Shown here piece by piece: positions 57,198 to 64,000 of a stretch of 64,000 nucleotides of DNA (positions within the stretch are counted from its first letter, which is position 1; every line of letters starts with the position of its first letter). This DNA is from Picochlorum sp. SENEW3. Its lineage: Eukaryota. Made by a program: the position numbers and the translations under genes. The stretch covers positions 186,001 to 250,000 of the forward strand of contig CP120455.1 of NCBI GenBank assembly GCA_034226945.1, in the 5' to 3' direction. Below the pieces are notes generated by a model. That model was given only the letters and a program-made list of their open reading frames with translations, was not told the DNA's origin and made no database searches.

Positions 57198-57935
57198 TCA
57201 CTGCCTTGATGATGATGGAGATCCAAAAAACGATTGCAGCCTCAACGCAGCAAATTTATTCTTCACACTCTTCAACGACTGCGACGCTGATCGAATCAAA
57301 GAATCTTCCTTTGGAGGAGAATATGATGCGTTATTATTACTGCGATGATGTGTTGCATCGTCATCCTCATCCTCCCCATCTGGATGCTGCTCTTGCTGCT
57401 GCTCTTGCTGCTGATGCTGCACCCTTCTCCGAGAAGCATGCATCCTTCCATGCCGCCTCTCCGATGTCGCCAACCGAATCAAAAATGCTTCTAATTCAAA
57501 GTTTGCCAACATAGAAGACTCTGCCTCCTGCTGCTGCGGAGACACATACTCCCCAAATGGAAGCAAGGAGTTCAATCCCTCATCTTCTAATCCCAACGCA
57601 TGAAAGCACAATGGACACTCGCGACTCCGCTGAGCCCACTGCATAATGCACTGCAAATGATATCCATGCCCGCAGACAGTCATTGCACTCGGATCACAGT
57701 CGGTAAACTCATCCAAGCATATACTACACACATTCTCCTCCTCCTCCAACTCTGGGATCACCTTTCGACACAACCCCACTTCCTCATCCTTTTCTAGTCC
57801 ATTATCCTCACCGTCATCATCCAAGCAGTCAAAACCACGCGACTCCTTTGTCGGCGTCAAAGCCTCTTCCAAGTGAAACACGTCATCAGCACAAACACTA
57901 TCCGAATCCTTCCACGTGCTCTTTACCTCCATCAT
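57198..57935 (-). CDS. RING-H2 E3 ubiquitin ligase
   Basis: CSICLDEF...CGHGYHLQCIMQWAQRSRECPLC. Confidence 0.9.
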   Translation of the reverse strand: MMEVKSTWKDSDSVCADDVFHLEEALTPTKESRGFDCLDDDGEDNGLEKDEEVGLCRKVIPELEEEENVCSICLDEFTDCDPSAMTVCGHGYHLQCIMQWAQRSRECPLCFHALGLEDEGLNSLLPFGEYVSPQQQEAESSMLANFELEAFLIRLATSERRHGRMHASRRRVQHQQQEQQQEQHPDGEDEDDDATHHRSNNNASYSPPKEDSLIRSASQSLKSVKNKFAALRLQSFFGSPSSSRQ

Positions 57936-58480
57936 TTTACCACACTAATCTATATACTGTACATTAACGCCTGAAATCACCCTGGGTTGAACTCTACAAT
58001 AGACACGGTGGTTGTCGTCAAGTGCCTTCAAAACGTTCGAAACACCCACACGGTCCTATTCCACTTCCTCCGTTCCTCGTACTGCTATATAAGTCAATCG
58101 AAATAGTTCTTCTGTCTGCCAAGGCTGTGTGTATTTCTATCACAGGACCGCGCGAATGACTTGGAACCCTATGCTTGCGTTGTAGTCTGTCCACATTCAA
58201 CTGGATCGATTAAATATCGAATTGATGGGAGAATCCGAGAAACCGGTCCATAGGGTTTCATCACCACCGGTCAAGAGACCACCCCGATTGGTGAGGCGGT
58301 ATTCTGCTGTGTTCAAGTCACATCGTTGTATTCAAAATGTATTGATTGCCACTGGCATGGCATACGATCGCCATTGAAAATTTCACATAATACCTGCCAG
58401 AGTTCATCCATTACTCTGTATCTGTAGTAGTGCATGGAGAAGCAAGCGGAGACTCGTCCCGTTGTGACATACGTACGAGT

Positions 58481-59593
58481 ATGACAGAGAGGCGTCAGCA
58501 TGCTCCTCTGGGGATTTCGAGGCCTGAGACGGTGTCTCATGAGACTACAGACGAGGAGTGGAAGAAGATTTCTTCTCCGTGGAGATATGTCGATGCCCTG
58601 TTCTTCTACATTGGGCCCCCAGGGCATGTCCTCAGATCCATATTTGTACCTCTTTCAGTGAGTGGTGTGCTCATCCTATGCAACGCTATTTATTTTACAG
58701 TCTCTGTGTATATCGACTCTGTTCCGTATTTTACATCAGGATATGCTGCGACATCGATATTTTCCATGGCATCGTTCATTATATCCGTGTTGGAGGGTGT
58801 AAAGGCAAACAGAGTGTTTGAGCGATGGCAGACGGCTCGATTGCAATTTGACACGGTGAATGCTCGGTTGAACCAAGTTGTCCAAATTATACGTGTACAT
58901 ACACTTTCATACACTGGTGATCATTCGGATGAAAGGAAGAGACGAGACCACGCCTTGGCTGATGTGTTTACAGCTTGGTGCATGATGCTGCCATGGACCA
59001 TGATTCAAGAGTTGCAAGGGAACGTGTCGCTGGAGGATTATTACAGAAGTGTCGTGCTAGATACCGATACCACGAAACAGGCTATACTCGTGCGCCATGA
59101 TGAATGCGAGATGTTGCTGAACGATGGAAAACCGCAAAAGTTTGTCATGCTGAAACTAAGGGTCCTATTGAACCAGCTTGATCTTCCATTTGAGCGATAC
59201 TTGTTAGTGGAGGAAGCCCTCCATGCCATTGAGAGTTCCTGTACCCAGCTTCGATCGATACACAAGAGTAATTTTCCAACCTCGTTTTCTCTTGTGATCA
59301 CAGGATTTGTGATGATGTGGATCATCTTCTTGCCATTTGATATTTTTGCATCTCACGATTGGTACAATGATGACATAACTCGAGCCACGTTGACACTGTG
59401 GTGTTGGTATGTCGCCATCGCATTATTTCTCTTCAGTCTTTTGTTGATATCGTTGGATGAGGTGATCAATCAGCTTGAGAATCCCTTTCCTAGTCTTCCA
59501 TTGAGGGATGCTGCAATCAAGGCTGGAGCTCACATGAGGCGAGCGGTCGCCGATGTGCGCCGAGTCTCCTCTCTGAATGAATCTTTTGCCTAG
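58481..59593 (+). CDS. Divergent bestrophin-like (UPF0187) protein
   Basis: KANRVFERWQTAR, LDEVINQLENPF; TM segments. Confidence 0.75.
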   Translation: MTERRQHAPLGISRPETVSHETTDEEWKKISSPWRYVDALFFYIGPPGHVLRSIFVPLSVSGVLILCNAIYFTVSVYIDSVPYFTSGYAATSIFSMASFIISVLEGVKANRVFERWQTARLQFDTVNARLNQVVQIIRVHTLSYTGDHSDERKRRDHALADVFTAWCMMLPWTMIQELQGNVSLEDYYRSVVLDTDTTKQAILVRHDECEMLLNDGKPQKFVMLKLRVLLNQLDLPFERYLLVEEALHAIESSCTQLRSIHKSNFPTSFSLVITGFVMMWIIFLPFDIFASHDWYNDDITRATLTLWCWYVAIALFLFSLLLISLDEVINQLENPFPSLPLRDAAIKAGAHMRRAVADVRRVSSLNESFA

Positions 59594-59820
59594 GATTTTG
59601 CCCTGCTCCCGTGCATTGCTCTGTATTTATTATTTGTTTGGTATATTTTTTAAATCATTATCGGTATTCATACCTGTCTTTGGGGCTATTATTTGTCTTG
59701 AATTGGATTGGATTCAAAACATCCCGGTTGCCCCTTCCCTGCTGAACAGAGACGATTCTCAGGCACACAGACAATCATAACGAAATAAGGAGTATTAATA
59801 ATGCCAGTGATTGTGACGGT

Positions 59821-62800
59821 ATGGGGGGAAATCCGATGAGCAGCGAGAATAATATCAGTGCTGGCAAGGTGGAGAAAAGCAGTCTGTCTGGAGGTGAGGA
59901 GGCAACAGACAACAAGAAGAAGAAACACAGTCGCCGGTGGCGATGGAAGGACTCGATCAAAGCGGAGGAGTGTAGGGTATCGGCATCGGGGGTGGAGGCA
60001 TTTGGTTCAAAGGATGTGCATAAATCACATGGTTTTGTCCTGTCTGGGCTACTGCCAGGACAGCAAGCAGGTGAGATTGCGAGGACTGGGTTCATCGTGT
60101 CGATAAAGAGATGGATGAAAGCGTATGTGACTGGCTTTACTCGGCAGCAGTATGTGCGAGCGTTGCAAACGTTCATTGCATACGTTATATTCATGTGCAT
60201 TGTGTCGCCAGATGAAGTGAATAGTGCACTGTGGTACAATGGCATCATGCCTCCAGAGTTGGGATTGATTTTTGTTCTGATGATTAGTGTTCTTGGTGGT
60301 ACAGTTGGAACAAACTCGGTAATGCAGATATATGCGCTTGTTTCGCTCGTTGTCGCAGGACTGTTTGGAGTCCTGATTCGATACATTGTGTGGCTGGCCA
60401 GTGGGGAGGACTGGGACAATAATGATTTTGCCAAAGGGGCCGCATTTTCACTCTTGATTGCCTTCTCATGCGGTTGCTTTAATATACTCCGATGGAAATG
60501 GGATGCGACAAATGCCTTTTTCTTATTGTGTAGCGTCTTTTTAATCTTCACGCAGGGCCCATATTATGGTCCACAGGCTGGGACTCTATATCTCACGGCA
60601 GTATACACGCTCATTAATATTGCTCTTGCAACGATGATTTATACATTGGTGTCGTGGTTTGTACTTCCGATGTATTCATGTCAGGCGATGCGGGCGTCGA
60701 CGGCAAAGGCCATTGAAGGTATTGGCAGTGCCATTATGGCAGAGAGAGATTTGATCATGTCGCCTGTGGACCCAGAGTCTGGGCTTTTCCAAGAGGCAAC
60801 CGGTGAAAGGGACCCACTTACTGGGCGGGACTGTGGGCTTTTTCCAAAGTGTGAGAAGATTGCTGATGTTATGAGAGCATCGCGTGGACTGCTGTTGAAT
60901 AACAAAGGGTTGCGCCTTCCATCTCTGCTAGAAATTGATGTGTACCACCAGACTGGCCAGTACATCTTTCCCGTTGTGCCTTATGTGCATGTTGAATATT
61001 ACTGCCATATAGTCCTCGCTATGCTTTCGAATTTAGCTAGACCAATAAAAACGGGAACTCTGAGTATGAGAATGTTTCAGAACAAGGATATTCGTGGGGC
61101 ATTTGATGAACTCATGGAGTCATTCCGTGATGTGGCAGAGGCATTGGCACATTGCATAAATAATCCAAAGGTGACACCTTGGGAAGATGTTGATCACGCA
61201 ATTGAATCGTCACATGATCGTTGGATTGAATTCCTGAGGGCTGGGCAACAGGCCATGAAGATGGGGGGGAATGCAGATGAGTCATTTGCCGTCAAGAGCA
61301 TCTCCATATTTTTGTACAATACTGGGACTCGGCTGAGAGAATTGTACTTTGCCACAGCAGTGGCTATGTGCAAGGAAGACTCCAATGCACTTCAGTTGAC
61401 ATTTATTCGATTGAAGAAACGCCCTTCATGGTTGCTGTCCAGGACCGCATATGAGAATATCGACACAGATCCATTGGAGTTGATTGAGAATCAACGACAA
61501 GGCGAGGCGCCCTTTCTGGATGATTCCATATCACTCAAAGAGACAGAAAAGAGTATTAGGAAGATTCAATGGAATAAAAATGTCCGTTCTGTGCTGAGTT
61601 TAGAGTTTGGTGTCAGACAGACCTCTGCCAACATGACTGCCCATAGGATGATGAAAATTCCACTGTGGGTCATCACGGGTCTTCAGTACTTTGTCACCGT
61701 GTTGATTGCAGTTGTTTTGAATACCATACCAGCAGTTCAAAGCAAAGTATTTAATAATAGAGGTGCTGATGTAGTCTTCACGGTCGTCGTCATGTGGCAA
61801 CCGAATATTGGAAGTCTTACAAGTCGAGCATTCAATCGTGCTGTGGGAACCGGGATGGCTGCAGTATGGTCATACGTGTTACTCGGTATCACGTACGGTG
61901 TAACAGGGACAACATGGGACAGTTCTCCTCAGAAATGGATAGTCGCAGGGTTTCTCGGGGCGCTGTGGGGTGCATTCTGTGTGCTTCATGCAGCTCGGTA
62001 CAAGTTGTATTCTTACATGTGGTTTGTCGCTGGATTCACAGTCGCCTTGGTCTGTCTTTCTTTAATGCGGGAACCAACACCTCCTTGGGGCGCAGCAGGT
62101 GAACGATTATTGAATGTGATATATGGAATTGTCATCTCATGGGCTGTAGCTCTTGTTCTATTCCCAATTTCAGCGTGGAGGGTGGTGAGAGACAATTACT
62201 CAAGGAGCTGCACTGCACTCAGCGCTGCGGTTGCATCGCTGCCAGATTTGTTTGAATCTGTTGAAGATGTCTCTAATATAGAACACATAAAGGAGCGGAT
62301 CTTTGTCACCCCACTGAACAAGCTTGAAAATATCCATGGCATTGGTGCCCTGTACGAGCCCTTGAACAACCCAAAACTTGCCAATTCTCTCCACCTAACG
62401 AATAGAGCCAGGAGACTTGTTAGCAACACTATGCCCTTTATTGGGCTGGCAGAAAAGGAAGTATTTTATTTCAGACGACCAAAACGGATTCCAAAGGGGA
62501 GAATAGGACTTTCAGCACACACTAGCAACCTCTTTATCGATTATTTGATTCAGATTCTGTCTCTGAAGACGGAGTTTTTCCCACACAGTGATTGGAAGGT
62601 TACCGAACCATTCCACCAAGCTCTCAGAGAGTCATTTAAAAGCTTGGCCCGGACGTTAGGGTATTTGGATGTTTCAATTCATAAACAGGGCAAGGGAATC
62701 GATGCAGTCATCTCCTCACTGCAGGAATCTGCTACACACGTTGAAAACTTGTCAACTGTTGCAAAGACCATCCTCGACAACTTTCAGAAACTTTCGGAGA

Positions 62801-63207
62801 AAAAGCAGGATGAACGAGCCCCTCTACAGAATGCAGAAATCCTTATAGTGTACCTGAGTTTTTCCATGTACCTTCAGACCAAGTGCATCATTCTAGCAGC
62901 ATCCAAGGCCTTCATGTTCACGAATCCAGAGGCCATGGCACTGGTTGAAAAGCATGTGGGCGAAGAGGACTTCTTGTCCCTTGCCCATCGTGGCCCTGAA
63001 AACATCATCAGTGAGCTGATGGAAGGCAGTATGCTGTCGCCATTCATGGGCCAAAGCACACGCTCTGATGGCCTGTCAGATGACAGATACAATACAGTCT
63101 ATGGGAAATCAGATTCCAGTGGAAGCAGAAATGCAAGCATGGCTGTGCGACTCAAAGATGAGCTCGATAGAATGACTATGAGACTATCATCTGATGAGTC
63201 AGTTTAA
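59821..63207 (+). CDS. ALMT/FUSC-like (aromatic acid exporter family) membrane protein, internally duplicated
   Basis: FTVVVMWQPNIG...NRAVGT, ERLLNVIYG...LVLFPISA; two TM blocks each followed by a helical domain. Confidence 0.75.
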   Translation: MGGNPMSSENNISAGKVEKSSLSGGEEATDNKKKKHSRRWRWKDSIKAEECRVSASGVEAFGSKDVHKSHGFVLSGLLPGQQAGEIARTGFIVSIKRWMKAYVTGFTRQQYVRALQTFIAYVIFMCIVSPDEVNSALWYNGIMPPELGLIFVLMISVLGGTVGTNSVMQIYALVSLVVAGLFGVLIRYIVWLASGEDWDNNDFAKGAAFSLLIAFSCGCFNILRWKWDATNAFFLLCSVFLIFTQGPYYGPQAGTLYLTAVYTLINIALATMIYTLVSWFVLPMYSCQAMRASTAKAIEGIGSAIMAERDLIMSPVDPESGLFQEATGERDPLTGRDCGLFPKCEKIADVMRASRGLLLNNKGLRLPSLLEIDVYHQTGQYIFPVVPYVHVEYYCHIVLAMLSNLARPIKTGTLSMRMFQNKDIRGAFDELMESFRDVAEALAHCINNPKVTPWEDVDHAIESSHDRWIEFLRAGQQAMKMGGNADESFAVKSISIFLYNTGTRLRELYFATAVAMCKEDSNALQLTFIRLKKRPSWLLSRTAYENIDTDPLELIENQRQGEAPFLDDSISLKETEKSIRKIQWNKNVRSVLSLEFGVRQTSANMTAHRMMKIPLWVITGLQYFVTVLIAVVLNTIPAVQSKVFNNRGADVVFTVVVMWQPNIGSLTSRAFNRAVGTGMAAVWSYVLLGITYGVTGTTWDSSPQKWIVAGFLGALWGAFCVLHAARYKLYSYMWFVAGFTVALVCLSLMREPTPPWGAAGERLLNVIYGIVISWAVALVLFPISAWRVVRDNYSRSCTALSAAVASLPDLFESVEDVSNIEHIKERIFVTPLNKLENIHGIGALYEPLNNPKLANSLHLTNRARRLVSNTMPFIGLAEKEVFYFRRPKRIPKGRIGLSAHTSNLFIDYLIQILSLKTEFFPHSDWKVTEPFHQALRESFKSLARTLGYLDVSIHKQGKGIDAVISSLQESATHVENLSTVAKTILDNFQKLSEKKQDERAPLQNAEILIVYLSFSMYLQTKCIILAASKAFMFTNPEAMALVEKHVGEEDFLSLAHRGPENIISELMEGSMLSPFMGQSTRSDGLSDDRYNTVYGKSDSSGSRNASMAVRLKDELDRMTMRLSSDESV

Positions 63208-63510
63208 ACAGTATATATCATGCATGGTATCAACAACTTGGAGCACACATGTGTGCACGTGCACTCTAGCCTAGAAAGTGGCGCCTTTTTTTCAAAATGA
63301 ATGATTGTCAGATATTGCCTCGAGCACTCGAGTGTGCAAAATAATTTAGTAATTGTATCAGCAAAATAATAAAGCAGATATTAACACAGTTGTATTGATC
63401 TAGTCGAGAGTGGCGACCATGTCAACATTCTCGTGCCGATGAAAAGGATTGTCATTTCCTGGGTATTCCCATCACTATTGACAGTGGAATTGTGAATATT
63501 TTATTTTAAG

Positions 63511-64000
63511 ATGGTTTCTGGAGGAGAATCATCGCATTTCCCCATGAACTGCGGTGAGCCTGTTGTTGGTAGTTCAGCGATGTTTCGGTTGGAAGCACTG
63601 CGGCGCGTGCGGGAGTGCCTTTTAGATACACAGGTGGAATATGAAGATATTATGGTATCTTTGAGAGAAATTTGTATGAGAAGGGCGGTAGTAGCGGGTG
63701 TGTTGGACAAGAATACTCGGAAAACGGCTCAGAATAGAGTCTGGGTTCCTCCTTCCTCGTCAGTCGGGGGGAGCAAGCATTCCAGGTTGGTCAAACGTGG
63801 CAGTCGAGAATCCGATATGGATGATATCAAGGTTGCGCAGGCGGAGTATAAACGATTGGGGGAGGAGCAGCGCAGGCTTGTGTTGAAGAGGTGTTTCTTC
63901 ATATGGAGGATGTCTTGCATTCTGTTTCGTGAGATGCAGAGTATGTTGGATAAGCTGAGGGATCAGGATGAAAAGAGTATTGTGAGGCACGCGTATGATG
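63511..64000 (+). CDS. 5' part of a gene running off the window; possible SFI1-like repeat
   Basis: Frame open from ATG 63511 to window end; LVLKRCFFIWR. Confidence 0.45.
   Translation, partial: MVSGGESSHFPMNCGEPVVGSSAMFRLEALRRVRECLLDTQVEYEDIMVSLREICMRRAVVAGVLDKNTRKTAQNRVWVPPSSSVGGSKHSRLVKRGSRESDMDDIKVAQAEYKRLGEEQRRLVLKRCFFIWRMSCILFREMQSMLDKLRDQDEKSIVRHAYD

Noticed and set aside
59775..60551. Long antisense ORFs (also 41581-42267, 31438-32106, 37316-37918)
   Set aside because: Shadow frames of well-supported genes with no recognisable motifs

Overview
Eukaryotic nuclear DNA from a very compact green-algal genome. About 45 genes lie in 64 kb, with short GT-AG introns, spacers of 13-500 bp and plastid-targeted genes (hemB, CSP41b, HCF107/Mbb1-like). 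A Picochlorum-like trebouxiophyte is my inference. I saw no rRNA, tRNA, CRISPR array or transposon. Manual splicing recovers genes or exons the ORF track misses: an SSXT/GIF-like gene, microexons in UMPS, DPH6 and GBP1, and a signal peptide plus GPI-like tail on a His-rich fasciclin. Highlights: (1) a candidate bicistronic/dual-coding locus, where a COA3-like ORF stops 13 nt before an MGMT ORF and its internal AUGs give an NLS-like extension of MGMT; (2) a MIOX homologue lacking most di-iron ligands; (3) GYF-PIN and Nudix-eIF2B-like fusions; (4) tandem secreted metallophosphoesterases with identical tracts; (5) recurrent palindromes and hairpins in spacers between co-directional genes. All family assignments come from motif recognition, not database searches.
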